Origin: Octopus vulgaris
Taxonomy: Eukaryota
Direction: 5' to 3'
Assembly (NCBI GenBank): GCA_951406725.2
Contig: OX597821.1
Location: 15,066,001 to 15,130,000 of the forward strand
Length of the DNA stretch: 64,000 bases
A program made the position numbers and the translations under genes. How positions within the stretch are numbered: position 1 is the first letter of the stretch; each line of letters opens with the position of its first letter. The notes below the pieces were generated by a model that had not been told where the DNA came from, searched no databases, and worked only from the letters and a program-made list of their open reading frames with translations. Shown piece by piece: positions 39,047 to 53,289 of the stretch.

Positions 39047-40274
39047 AGGGGGTTCTCTGTCGTTGGAAGATGTGGCTTAAATTATTTGATCAACTGAATA
39101 ACTTCCTCCTGAACTGATGTGTAAACGCCTAAGCACTTCACATTGCGTCTATTGAAATATATTTCACATACAAACACATTTATATAGACATGCATGTGTT
39201 GCGCGAACGTATTTGCACGCACATGTCTAATGGAACTTCCCGTCACTTAATATCATTTACCTCTGAGTTTGGTGATATACATTATAACAATGCTTTTATG
39301 CACATTGAGTGCTTCTAGGGCTTTCAGAAGTTCTTAGTAATTGCAAACAAAACAGAAAAAAACCGATAAATGAAATAAATTCGAATTTGTTTTAGCTTAA
39401 ATTATTCTACAAAGTATACACTGATATTTGAACTTTCGTTGTTATACAATTATTTAACTTTATTAAGTGATTCAAGTTGACATTGTGAGAAAGTACAAAA
39501 TCAAATAGAATATCATCATTACTCAGAAGTCACTAAAATAAATAGCAATATACTCTGATAGAATATAATTGAGGTTGTTGGAAATATGTCAGTAAATCTC
39601 TTCTTGTTTTCCCTCGGCTATAAATCTGAAACACTGACCGACAAATCCTCGTCAGCAGATATACTTTTGTTTCTATATTTCATTTAATCAAACAGAAATA
39701 ACTCCACCCACAATAGGAATACAGGCTATGTAAAATCTTGTTAATTATGTCGATGCAGGTATTAACATTAGTTTGATTACTGAAGCGATAACTATCGCAA
39801 AAATGAATATATTAAATTATACAAAAGTGAGATGGATAGACATGCGAATGAAACAATTTTCTTATTCCATTAGAATTAAAACGAATTCATTGTGTAAGTA
39901 TAGAAAACAAAAATCTTGATATATATACGTAAATAATAGCATGTATTCTCTAAGTTATAGTTTATACTTTTACAGAAATACAGGCAGAATTTTACACAGA
40001 AGCAGCTTTCCAAGGAGATAATCATAGAGTGATTTTACTGAGATGTATTCTTTCAAACTTGATCTAACACATAATCACACACACAAATACACAGACAGAC
40101 AAACACATACACACGCACATACACATACACAGATTAACTAACAATAATGCATATCATCAAGCATTGCAAAATTGAAATTATATTGATAAGAAAAGTATTT
40201 AATATAATAACTATGAAAATTTGCATAGTATTTTGAAATAACACTTCGTCCAATTGTAGTGAAATACTATTCGA

Positions 40275-40546
40275 TTTATATGGTAGTTAGTTTATTTATT
40301 TTTACATTTTAGTGTTAGTTAAAATTAATTATGTTAGTATTTTTGTTTTAATTTAGATATTGGGGGATAAGCTTCATATATAGATTGTGAGAGATTGTTT
40401 AGTATTAAATGGTTGATTAAAACTTAATTAATATTTTTCTTTATATATATTTTTGTAATATATTTATGCTAAATAATACTTCTTTATGGTTTATTAAATA
40501 AATTTCTTTGAATTTAATTAAAGTTTTATCTAATGTTAAAAGAGTA
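40275..40546 (+). pseudogene. Possible old NUMT (nad5 3' end plus trnF)
   Basis: Abrupt T/G-rich, C-poor skew; in the invertebrate mitochondrial code it reads MW*LVYLFLHFSVS, DIGG*ASYM and IVSDCLVLNGWLKLN, followed by a TACTTCTT..TTGAA..AAGAGTA tRNA-like remnant. Confidence 0.35.
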
Positions 40547-41539
40547 AAACTGTAAATATTTTATGCCTCTGAAATGTCATTATTCCAATAATAAATACAC
40601 CTAATGTCTCAATTTTACTTATTATTCGCCAATTGGTTAACAGTTTAACTAAGTGATTGAGTGATTAATTACTCGGTTAATCAACCAAACTGTTGTTTTC
40701 CAAAATCCTTTCTTTGCCATTCACAATCTCTTCACTGACATGCTCTGTCTACTCTAGGCCAGCTTCAGATTTGTCTATCTCCTAGATTTAGTTCTGATAT
40801 TTATGTAGTTGCTTCCGGGCATATCTTCGTCCATATCACTGTGTATTCTAATTTAGCTCACTTTGAATCATGTTATTACTTGATTTATCCAAGTATTCTT
40901 AGAGTAACTGAAAATTGCCAATATTTTCTTAAAGAGTTTTATCCAAAATATGGTGAAGTCATGCGGTTGCATTTAATTTAGGTAATAATAAACCCAAGCC
41001 ATACTAGGTATCAGTGAGTGATTATATACAAATATTGAACAAAATGGCTTCCATTGAAACAGAAATAAGCTTAGTTATATCATCATTTTATAAGAAGATC
41101 TCATAAGTAGTTGCCCCATTTGTGTTTTACATAAATTATATTCACTATATTGTACGCATGGTTCGGCAGCTATAATTTTAGTATTATGATAGGCGTTAGT
41201 GAATGTTGCATATAGTGAAGATATATATTTAAACGAATCTATTCTTGTTCATTATGATTGTAATTTGAAATTCTGTCGTCGCCTTTGTGCATTATTTCCA
41301 CGCAATTGAATAAAGAGAAACGTTTAATACTGTAGCTGAGAATAGTCTTGGAATTCGTTTATAGTAAAAATATATAAAATCTTCATATTTTAACTCACAT
41401 TTAACATTAGAAGTATAATAAAATGTCGAACTTCACTTCCTTAAAATAAAATATTTGCTAGAATTTCCGATAAAACATCCATTAGTTCCTTCTTATTAAT
41501 AATATTCACACGCACAAGAATATCAAGAATGCAAAATGT

Positions 41540-41710
41540 ATTATATAAAGTATGTTCTGTCTGCGTGTGTGTGTGTCTTCTAGGATCTCGGGCATCCTCC
41601 ATCCAATTGCGCTCAAATTTGATATGTAGATACAGACGGTATCAGGGCGTGTATAAGTTTTGAACAAATTACAAAAATCGATTCCAGGTGAGAATGCGAT
41701 CGATAAAGCC
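41540..41710 (+). mobile_element. Possible Helitron-type non-autonomous 5' fragment
   Basis: TTATATAAAG, then a TGTC/TG microsatellite, then catccaattgcgctcaaatttg; layout resembles the 5' end of the 59859 element. Confidence 0.35.
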
Positions 41711-42318
41711 GTTTTTGTCCTGTTTTTCTTCCATCAACCTGTACATAACTGCACCTTCCATTTTTTGTTGCTTTTGTACTGCTTAAAGGCACGTTTCTTT
41801 CCTGCCAAGCTTACTATTTAAAACATTTTTTTGTTCCCCTAGTCAGCAGCCTTATATTTACTGCTACATTAAACTCTTCCGTTGCATATTTGTGTGAATA
41901 AAATCGTTTTTCTATGAAATAGAAAATAGTCTATCTTTATTTCTTCTTTTGCTGGTGTCTCAAATTTAGGTTAAATCAGTGTTTCTCAAATGGGAGGCCT
42001 ATGGGATAGTCTCACAAGTCGTTTTGAGAAAATTTGGTTTAAATGTTTGACAACTCAGCACCGTCCATTAGACGGGGGGCGTTTTGCTCGTCAGTATATA
42101 TTTTTTAATTTGGAGTCTTGAAATAAAAATATATTGAGAAATGGGAAGTGGTGTTAGACCTAGTCACAACACATCGGTCAGAACTATTGTGAGTCATGGC
42201 GATACCATTATGTTTCATAGGTAAAGAGTATCTAAATTAATATTGTGCAATGGGTCTTTCCCAAAAACGCACAGATACAATTTTATTTATCTTTCAATCT
42301 ATCAATCTGTCTATCTTA

Positions 42319-42376
<58 letters not shown>

Positions 42377-42660
42377 CATATATGTATAGGAATAGAGATT
42401 TAGAATTCGGTCAGTTATCTTATAATCTTGTATAATTTAGGTTACATAATTTATGGCTAACCACATCGAATGATAGACAGAATATAGAATTGTTTAAGAT
42501 AAAACTATTACAAATTACTTATTCAGTGAAGTAGTTTGTAATAAAGCAGATACAAGTGCGTGAAGACATATGATAATACACCATAGAATTTAGAAAGACA
42601 AGAATTCATGCCCTTATAGTTCAAGGTAAGCCATACGGTGTATTCAAATATATTGAAGTG

Positions 42661-42729
<69 letters not shown>

Positions 42730-42754
42730 GTATATATATATACACACACACACG

Positions 42755-42814
<60 letters not shown>

Positions 42815-42829
42815 GAGAGTTGTAATTCA

Positions 42830-42971
42830 TAGAAAAACGAAAGACGAAGACAAGTGTATGAACAAGCAAGTGTATTTGAAGCTCGGGAAAAAATGAAAAA
42901 GTTTCTTACGTTTCGACCGTACGCTCTTCAACAGAAAGGAATAAGTGAAGTCAGAGACAGAATGAAAAAAA
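42830..42971 (-). mobile_element. Diverged copy of the 29460-29630 pseudo-LTR-like repeat
   Basis: Minus strand TTTCTGTTGAAGAGCGTACGGTCGAAACGTAAGAAA...CTTGTCTTCGTCTTTCG. Confidence 0.7.
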
Positions 42972-42980
42972 CTATATGTA

Positions 42981-43017
<37 letters not shown>

Positions 43018-43155
43018 CAATACATATATTAATAAATATATATATGCATATAAATGCAAATATACATATATACATATATATATACATATATACATATATA
43101 TATATATACATACTTACATACATATATATATCCATGCATATCAATCAATCGATCG

Positions 43156-43261
<106 letters not shown>

Positions 43262-43280
43262 TTATATACATATATATATA

Positions 43281-43473
43281 TCGCAAATTTTATTTTGGTT
43301 CGCGGGAGCAACTGCTTTGTCGAAGGCACATATTGTCATGAATTGTCGGAAATGTGGAGTAGATAAACGGCCGATAACTGATGAAGGGTCGTTTTTGTTA
43401 ATTGTCTTGTTTTCCATTTGTTTATCTCGTTGTTCGCAAAACAAGTTTGTCTTCGTATTTCATGTTGCCTACG
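43281..43473 (+). mobile_element. Probable Penelope-like terminal fragment next to (TA)n
   Basis: CCGATAA-CTGATGA-AGGG followed by a T-rich tail; only half of a hammerhead core is visible. Confidence 0.35.
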
Positions 43474-46275
43474 TCTTGTGACATCCTGTACCCATATATG
43501 CATATATATATATATGGAAGTATGTACATATATGTATGCATATATGCATGTGTGCATACATAGGCACGTAGAAAAAATAGTAATAGGAATATAAATTTTA
43601 CAGTTTATACCACAGACGCAATTGCAGGTGACATGAATTTGAATAAGTGGACTTATTTAAACTATTCTCGCTAGAATGATATTCAACAACGGTTTGTATA
43701 TTCTCATATAAATCTCTTCTTTGTTACAAAGTATTAGTGTCTGAATATAGCTGCACGGCTATATTAAGGTATATATTGAGCTATACATCTCTTCATCTTT
43801 CCACACTATTATTATATATAATGTGTGTGTAGGTGGAAATAGAAATCAAAGTTTAACAACTTATTGAAAAAATAACTAAGGTTTTTTAAAATAAATTATG
43901 GATTTTTTCATTATATAATTTAATGGATATGCCTATTTGTAAACATTGACTTCATGACAACCGTAACCATTACATGCAAAGGAACGTGCACTCTCTCTCT
44001 CACGCACACATATACACTCACACCCATACGGAGAGACAGAATGATGAGAGAGAAATTAGAGAGGGTATATAAAAGGTTTGTGTATATATAATGTGTATTA
44101 CGATTGTCATGAAATATGTATGTTTGTATGTATGATGCATAAATATATTTAAAATGAATCCTATATTTAGCCGGAGATAGATAGATAAAGAGAAACGATG
44201 AGAAAATTAAATGGAAGGCTTCCAAGTAAAGAGTAAATATTAGCCACAATCAAAACGAGAGCTACTTTAATAGTATTTTAATTATAAAGTTTCCAATAGT
44301 GAAAATATGCATGCAGTAAATTCTTCGATAATTGAGTGCACAAAGCGGATAAGATGATTTCTTGAAAGAATAGATTTTAAATTGAAAAAAGAGAGAAAAA
44401 AAGAAGCATAACTTCTGACTAGTAGAGTAGTTTAATCTCATTATTGAGGTCCAATATAACAATATGAACAGCATTTGGGAGGCCAAATTTATATTTAAAT
44501 AGAATATTGTGTCTTTCATTCCAATTATCATAGTGGTAATTGAGATGAAATTTAATGTCTTTGAAACTTATAGTCAAGGAAATTACGTTCACAATATTCC
44601 CTTGTCTATAGTTTTCTTATCTCTTTTACATGAAGGAATGTAACTCCATGATTAGCTATATTTGTGGCTATGACTATACGCAGACGTTACACACCCACGT
44701 ACAGAAAGTATAAATCCTCTGTGGTCTAGTTTTACACAGAAGATTATTAACGCTTGAATGTGTATGTGTGTGTGTGTGTAATGCAGGTGGGGAATTTCAT
44801 TATGAACGAAATGAAAGAATCACTGATATTCTTGATGATTGATATTTATCGGTAGGACAGCGTTAAAGCATGGTATGCAATTAACGGCATGTTTATTAAA
44901 ATATGTACATAAATCAGATGATCTCAACTTCCCTAAAATGTCTGTGGATTATTATTATTATTTTAGCAGGGAAAATTCATAAAATTAAACATTATATATT
45001 AAAGGTAAATAATAATTCTAACTTTATATCTAGAAGAATTTTATCCTTTTAATTAAAAGCAATAACATTCATGCTTTCCCATAATCTCTTATTTGTTTCA
45101 CAAGTAGAATACATTGCCTAAGGAAGGTTTATAATTTCGGGTATACACCAAGAAATGGTATTAATATGATACAAGGTAGTTGATACCATAAACGCTGAAA
45201 CATCGGTGGTACTTGTACGCAACTGTATAATTAACCTAAAATATACAGGCAATACTACTCATTCATATTCACTAAGTAGAAAATGTTTTACAAAAAAGTA
45301 ATGCGTCTTTAAATGACGTCCAAAAAGTCAGAAGAACCAACGTCAAATAATGCTCGTGCTAATATCGAAATTAATTGTTGCTTGACCACTCGTGAAATTG
45401 CAAGCTTATTGCGGACTGAAGACCGATTTCATAGTTTGAGAAACGAATTACAGAGAAGACGTGCTTAACCACATATATCAGCACACGCACACACACACAT
45501 AGCACCCACCACATACACACTGACACACAGACACACTTATACACACATATGCACACGCATACACTGACATAACGAAATCAATGGGCAAAATGTGTACGTG
45601 ACCTATTGGTTCTCTTAAAAATCAAATTATTAACTTGTGTAGTAAAGAAAAAAAAATACAGTAACTAATTATAGACTGACTAATCAGAAACATTATAAAA
45701 TATGACATGCATTTAGAAAGAAATAAGTATCAGAAAAGAAAACAATTATAAAAATTCAGAGTAATTAGACTAAACATTCCAAATAGGAACGGTCGTTTGC
45801 ATTTAGTTGAAAGAAGCAATTTACTGGCGAAAAACAATTTCTTCTTTATGGAAAATCATGGAAGATTATTCGATCAAATACAGCCAAACGGTGATGAAAC
45901 CTGACTAATGACCGTCCATTCACATCACAAGGAACACAAACATTTGTCAATCTAAGAAAATATTTAAAAAATTGGCAAATTCCAGATCTAGATCGTTATG
46001 GTTATTTTCTGTTTAATACGATACAAAATCAGTTTCAATATTCATTTTGAAATTATGAAAATGAACTTACTTAATCTACTCTGAATTATGTCATATATTA
46101 GTTTGCAGAACTGCTAATTAATGAAATAGAAAATTAGTTCCACGTTTCAATCGCTTGATTTCACACAAAATGATCGTAATACAAATTTGTATTACGATTA
46201 TTTTGTACTTTTAACCAATTAAAGTTTTCTATTGGCCCAAAACATATATTACGCATGCGCGCGCGCACTCATAAA

Positions 46276-46328
<53 letters not shown>

Positions 46329-48817
46329 ATATGCATGTATCATATATACATGCACACGAACAGACACACAAACACATATTTACAGGTTGTCCTACCGATA
46401 AATATCAATCATCTAGGATATCAGTGATTCTTTCATTTCGTTCAAAATGAAATTCCCCACGATGAGGGACAAGGCTTTACGTTTGAATTACAGTTAAAAC
46501 TAATCTGATGGGCTTCGGCAAATTGCCATACACTCATTTGCACTCACTTGAACAAAATTTATCATAAATTTAAATGCCTATGATGGCACCCAGTGTGTTC
46601 TCACTCTTATTGATTATTAATTGGTCTTTCGTCCCTCTGGATGAGTTTTCTGCTCATCACATAAGAGAACGTTTCTCATATATGTGTTCATATACTTCTA
46701 CCGCAATTATTCCTACAACGACATTTCACAATTTGCTCTTCACCATTTTCAAGCTACTCTGTCATTTGTTTTATCCACCGTACTTTATTGTTTTTATAGG
46801 ATATTTCTCAATTTTCTCCCAGAAACAATTTTCTATTTGATTAAAAGAGATAATTCTTTAAATTGGTTGTTTCTTTCATTGTGTTTTCTGTATATGGCAG
46901 CTTTTGACCTTACTCTCTGTACCAGTTCTTTGACCGTTGTCCCAATTTTTTTATCCTTATCTGAATCATTTCACCTCAACTACATTTCGTTTCTTTCTTT
47001 AACTTACCTTACAACTGAACCCGTTTATTTATAACTATCCTAAAGTTACTAATCATTATTAGTGTCCGTCTTCAAGGTAATATATTATTCCTTCTTATAC
47101 CCTTTCTCACCCATATACTCAATGTATCCTTCACATAAAACGATAGGCTCTGATCTGATCTGAAGGAGATTCAACTATCACGAAGTCAACCGACTTAGTA
47201 AAATAAACGAACAGCAGCATGTGCAGTGGTTGTAATTGTTATTTACCGTTGTTTGTACATATAGTTAGTGGTGGCCGCACTTTTGCTACTAAAGCTGCTT
47301 CGGATGTTGTAAATATCATAAATATGTGTATTGTTATTTTTTATTTCCCCTTCGATGAAGATGCTTTTATTATGCTGTAATTGCTTCAGTGTTCCCTGTT
47401 GACGCTTTGCAATTAGTATTGCGCATGCAGCTATATTTGTGCAGTTTTGTGTGTGTGGCTGTTTGAGAATGCTATTATTGCTACAACTTTTATCAATATG
47501 GAAGACTTTTTCGTATAGCTTTGTTTTAAACTTCCATTGTTACTATAGCCACGGATACCTGTATAATTGTTAGTTTCTTATAACGGAGCTACAGCCAACT
47601 CTGTTGGTATTGCTTTTATCATTCTTAGTGTTGAATCCTAGACAGCACCTATGATCAAACGTTTCACTGCTATGACTAGCTCATGTCTTTACGTCTTTCT
47701 GCAGGCTCGGTATATCTAGGAACACATTCTCCAATGCGTCATCTCCTTTTTGAAACGGTAACTTATCACGTTCAACGGTAATTTATCACATTTGTAATGC
47801 GTCAACAAACGAGGGCAAGGTGGGTACTTTATACATCCTTATATCTGGTGTAACTGTTTTATTTTTCGCAACAGTTTTTATTGCGTTATTGTTGTTAACG
47901 TACTGATGTTGATACTTGTCACTGTAATAATTTCCCAGTCACATATCTAGAAGTTTATCTTTGGCGTGTGGCAGCCAAGGATTAACAGAAAACTTGCTAA
48001 GGAGAGAGTAAAAAAGAAAGCAAAAGATTGAGTAAAGTATAAATAGAGAGAGTGAGAGAGAGAGAAAGGCTGGGTAATTATTATAGAAATATCCTAAAAT
48101 CAATTAGAAAATGTTCTGGGAACAATAAAAACATTGAGGAAATGTTAGTAGAAAAATTAAATAAAACAAGGAAGTGAACGTGGAATGAACGGAAAACTAA
48201 AAAGTTAAAAGAACAATAACGGAGGGAAAGGAAATGGAAAGCGAGAAGATTTCGAAAAATTAAGGAGAAATTGGAATTATTGAATATGGAGGCAATGCAG
48301 GATGAAAACATGCAGAAGTAATGACCTTGATGACGATGAAGAAATGCATTATGAAAATGGTGAATGAAAATTTACTCATGCTTAAAAAATCGGGGCAACA
48401 CTCAGTAAAAAAAACCCACATTACATTAGACATCTGATTAAAATTTAGTGACAGATACATTATCCCGGAACAGCATGGGATTGAATTTTACAAATTTAGC
48501 ATTTGGTTAATATTCCTGATTAAAACTATTTAAAGACAAGTGTATTTCTAAAATGAAAACCTTTTCTAGGTACTGAATATAGACAACCGCTAGATTTCCA
48601 AGATTTTAAATTACAAACTATGTTGAGCACTTCATAATAGAAATGATTAACTTGTAAATACATAAGTTATCAGTGACGCTGATTGGAAAATATTCTTGCG
48701 CATTAATACTTGAATAACTTTTCTTCTGTGTTAAATACCCTTACCTACGTTTGTTTAAATAAGAGTATGACGAATGCCTTTGTAAGATCCCGGAATTATT
48801 ACAATACAAACTAAAGA

Positions 48818-48990
48818 CGGCTAGCTGGATGAAATACTTAGCAGCATTTCTTCAAATATCACCGCGTTCGACATTGCCTTTCATCCTTTCAGGATCGACA
48901 AAATAGGTATCTATTAAACATTGGGGCCGATCTAATCGGTTTGGTATCTACTCTCGGAATTGCTGGCCTGGTACCAAAATTTGAAACCAA
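48818..48990 (+). mobile_element. Old SINE family D copy
   Basis: cggctagctgg head and tcgacattgcctttcatcctttcaggatcgacaaaa block. Confidence 0.65.
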
Positions 48991-49793
48991 TATAGTACAA
49001 AACTTATCGCAACCTTGTATTTAACGTGTACAATCTGCATTGTTAAAGAATAACAGTGGAACAAAGTTTGAATGGAGAAATATATTTACAAAGGGCAAGT
49101 GGCATATACTGATGTATATGAGTGATAATGATAATGGTGGTGATGGTTATGGTCTGAAGTGGTTGCAGGCTGTTGAAGTGTAGCAAAAATATTGAGTAAT
49201 AGTGTATGTAGTACTGCGTGTATTGTTAATGATAGTGTGATAGAAATGATATCATAAATGATTATGTCGATACATGTTTCGATAACTGAAAGTAAAGTAA
49301 GAGAAGTTGGACCCCCCCCAAAAAAAAACCCCAACAAAAGAACCTTATCTAAATGAGAGGGTTCAGTTCAGTACATCAGTTATGCTGAATGACGGTGAGA
49401 ACAAAGGGACATATGGAAATATTTCTATAGTGATTGCTTTCAATGTTTCTATAAAATATGTCTGGAGTCGTTTAGTACGAATATAAAACAGTAATAATCC
49501 ATTACTTATGTATATTTTTGCTTTATAGTATGAAATGAGTGTGAAAGCATTTATGTATATATGGGTGTGTGTGTGTTCGTGTGCATTTGTGATAGATTAA
49601 GTATTTTCGCTTAGAATTCAATTTAAAACAAATTGTTACATTTCAAACTTGCTATCATATAATTTAGCGATATGTGGCCGAAATTATAATAAAAGAATAC
49701 ATAGACATATCAGTAAGTGACTGTATACTCTCAGGCACGTATATGCATACGCACACAGATATATCCAAACATTTAAGCACAAATATAATCACA

Positions 49794-49856
<63 letters not shown>

Positions 49857-49991
49857 CACACATAGACATATATATACTAAGATATATATAAGTGTATATT
49901 GATATATGTGTGCGTGTGTGTGGGAATGTGTATATGTACCAATTTCTTATGGGATAGGTTAGTCTTCTGCGCACACTAAACATTTTAAGTC

Positions 49992-50037
<46 letters not shown>

Positions 50038-50084
50038 ATGTATATATATATATACATACATAAATACATGCACGCATGTGTGTA

Positions 50085-50208
50085 TGGAAGAGCGTAGGCT
50101 CGAGACGCTAAAGACTTTTTCACTTCCCGAGTGTTATACTTATAATGCATCTGTTTGTTGTCTACACCACCTGTCTTCGTCTTGTATTTTTCTGAAAATT
50201 CTCCCCCT
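50085..50208 (+). mobile_element. Partial copy of the 29460-29630 pseudo-LTR-like repeat
   Basis: GAAGAGCGTAGGCTCGAGACGCTAAAGAC...ccacctgtcttcgtctt; flanked by (TA)n-rich tracts. Confidence 0.7.
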
Positions 50209-50239
50209 ATGTATATACATATGTATGTATATACATATG

Positions 50240-50283
<44 letters not shown>

Positions 50284-50433
50284 TATATATATAGAGAGAG
50301 AAAGTGTGTGTCGCTGTGTCCGAGATAGAGGGAGGGAGTAAGAGAGAGAAAGGGGGATAGTGATAGCATAGTTTTTTAATTTATTTAGATTTGTTGCATC
50401 TTTCTTAGCGAGTGAGTGTGTGTGCGATTGACT

Positions 50434-50473
<40 letters not shown>

Positions 50474-50739
50474 TGTTGTCATGTATGTTTAAAATGGGTA
50501 GGATCAGTCACACATGCACACAAACACATAAGTACACCCATTGTCTGCCATATACTGTACATACATGAATATACATTCATACATATGCTTCTCAGGCAAG
50601 ACAGAGAGCACCCACCTTCTCTCTCTTTGACAACACCTTTCTCTCTGTCTCCCAGTTAAACACTCACTCACTAAAAAACGATGCGAGAAAAAGTAAATAA
50701 AAAAAATTTACGCAATCTCTTCTCTGATGTATATATATA

Positions 50740-50771
<32 letters not shown>

Positions 50772-50789
50772 CTGATGTATATATATACA

Positions 50790-51944
50790 TCGACGGCAGA
50801 CGAACAGCACACTCTACCTTCAAATTGCCTTTCAATGTAGCACATCAAGAAAACACAACATGCTGCATAATGCATTCCTCGGACTAAGCGACAATCTTGA
50901 AAAATTGCAAACTCATTGTTTCGGATGAAGCAATTATGTCCCATAAATGTTCGCTACAAGCTTTCGTGCCAAAATGAGAAACCTTAGATCAAACAACATC
51001 CGTTGGAAGTACGACTCTACTTCTTACAGAAGATTTTCGACAAACTCATTCTATTATACCCAAACGAACACCCACTGATGAACATAATGCCTGCCTTATA
51101 AAATCTCTTCTCTGGTTGCATATTCAATCGAAACAACTCACCACCAACATGAGATCACTCCTATGGACTGGCCAGCCTACAACCCAGTTTACTGAAATGC
51201 CAATTAAAATCGGCAATGGACAAATTATGTCCGGTGACAACGGATACATTGACACTACCACCATTGGCCACACTGAATCCAGCCCTGATGACTTATGTTC
51301 TGCCGTTTACCGAAATCTTACAACAGAATACATAAAACCAGATTGGCTTCGCGACAGGTCTGTTCTTGAATCAACAAATGCAGCTGTCAACACTCTTAAC
51401 AACTACCTACTCAGTCAGCAACCTTCACAAGAACGTTATTACAGATCAGTTGACACATCGTTACAGAACTCGATCAAGTTACACAAATTCCAGCAGAATT
51501 TCTCAACCTCCCAACATCCTCCATGAACATCACTTAAAAGTTGGTTGCCCTGTCATCCTCTTACGCAATCTAAATGCTTCCACACAATGCAATGGAACTC
51601 GCCTTGTGGTCAAACAAATGATGGACCACTTCATTGAAGCCTAAATTATCACGGGACACGGAAAAAACGATACCGTTTTCATTCCGAAAATTCCGCTAAC
51701 CCCAACTGACTGCCCCGACACTATGTAGAGACTTCAGTTCCTTCTGAAACTCAGCTTCGCCATGACAGTTACGAAAGCACAATGTCAGTCTCTGAAAGTA
51801 GTGTCACTGGACCTACGAACATCGTGCTGTTCACATGGACAGTTCTACGCCGGTTGTTCCACAGTTGGTTATCCAGACAACTTATTTATCTATGTTCCTG
51901 AAGGAAAAACAAAGAATGTCGTCTGCAAAGCAGCCCTACAGTAG
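50790..51944 (+). pseudogene. Helitron Rep-helicase relic (Pif1-family helicase domain)
   Basis: RTAHSTFKLP, KLIVSDEAIMSHK, EDFRQTHSIIP, LTTNMR, IGNG, LKVGCPVILLRNLN, CNGTRL, RLQF.LKLSFAMTVTKAQCQSL, SHGQFYAGCS; stops, frameshifts and no introns; degenerate 3' end (..GCACGGG..GCCAGT) near 52547. Confidence 0.9.
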
Positions 51945-52548
51945 TTATTGCTCTACTGCATTCTTCACATCTACAACAAATTGTAGTTGTTAACAATCAG
52001 ACTCCCTGCAAGCATTTCATTGATATTTTGCTTCATTTCCCTGATTGCTGTTAACAGTACATTACCTTCAATGACCCTTCTTACTTCACGCACGCTGTTC
52101 ACTCATAAGCATGTTCTGACATTTATTTTTGTACATAGCATCATTCTATTTGTGTGTTTTCTATAAATGTTTGCGTATGTTTATCATACATGACTTTCAT
52201 TGGAAATAAAGTTTCAATACGGTTGTGTCAGGCATTACGAGAAAAACAAATACATGATACAAAACGTTTCAAGTAAGATATAGGATCCTTAATGCCTACT
52301 GCAATTGCGATCCCATTTCATGGACTTTAATTTATTGCTAACTGCCAAATTTGCATTCAAAAGAACTTATTCATTACCTAAGTTTCTTAATACCATATCA
52401 TAAGCTGCTAACGAACATGGTAATTATACATTTTACACTTATCAATTTGAAACGAGTTCTAACTGCGGGATAATTCAACTTAAACCGTCCACAAGAGAGC
52501 ACCACTATAATAATTACAACGTCCAAAGCACGGGTGCATTTGCCAGTG

Positions 52549-52591
<43 letters not shown>

Positions 52592-52719
52592 CAAAACAAT
52601 TTAGATTCAAATGAATATGGTACTTAACTTAGATGCACCAGAATTTTTTATGGTATTACCCATAAAAGTATGTGGGGTGATGATAACCCAAAAATAAGCA
52701 ACAAGAATGGATCGGTTGT

Positions 52720-52802
52720 TTAGTACAATTGTTTCATACTATAACAATTTATTAAAGCTACAAATATTACAGCAAATATAATGTTAAGTAATCTTCAGCT
52801 AA
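52720..52802 (-). ncRNA. Type I hammerhead ribozyme motif (left arm)
   Basis: TTAG-CTGAAGA-TTACTTAAC...GTTATAGTAT-GAAA-CAATTG-TA-CTAA; palindromic stem III ACAATTGT. Confidence 0.65.
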
Positions 52803-52926
52803 TTTCATTTGTATTGTTGGAAAGCATATATGGTCTGCTTGGAATCTTGCTTCAAGTTCCTGGAGCTCACATCTATAACTTTATAAGTATATTTACACTC
52901 TCTATGTTTGGAAAACCTATATGAAA

Positions 52927-53006
52927 TTAGCTGAAGATTTAACATTATATTTGCTGTAATATTTGCAGCTTTAATAAATTGTTATAGTATGAAACAATTG
53001 TACTAA
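52927..53006 (+). ncRNA. Type I hammerhead ribozyme motif (right arm, 3-nt deletion in stem II)
   Basis: TTAG-CTGAAGA-TTTAAC...GTTATAGTAT-GAAA-CAATTG-TA-CTAA. Confidence 0.55.
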
Positions 53007-53039
53007 ACTACCGATCCATTCTTGTTGCTTATTTTTTGG

Positions 53040-53070
<31 letters not shown>

Positions 53071-53189
53071 GTGTGTGTGTGTGTGTGTATATATATGTCT
53101 TGATTAGAACTTGCCATCCACCTCACATCACAAGGAGTATTGTACTTAATATAGCGAGTATTTTGCCAACATATGTAAACGACAGTGAA

Positions 53190-53231
<42 letters not shown>

Positions 53232-53289
53232 GGAGAGAGAAAGGGAGTGAGAGAGTAACTACCGTGAGACCTAAATATATTCTTTCAAT

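Larger units (their letters stand above)
52688..53039. mobile_element. Fold-back element with a hammerhead in each arm
   Basis: About 120-bp inverted repeat 52688-52809/52921-53039, ending in (TA)n. Confidence 0.8.

Noticed and set aside
41978-42140. CAGTGTTTCTCAA hAT/Charlie-like terminal motif
   Set aside because: The partner TIR is ambiguous and no 8-bp TSD was found
51116-51944. Host PIF1 helicase gene
   Set aside because: Intronless, with multiple stops and frameshifts and a Helitron-type motif set; a transposon relic
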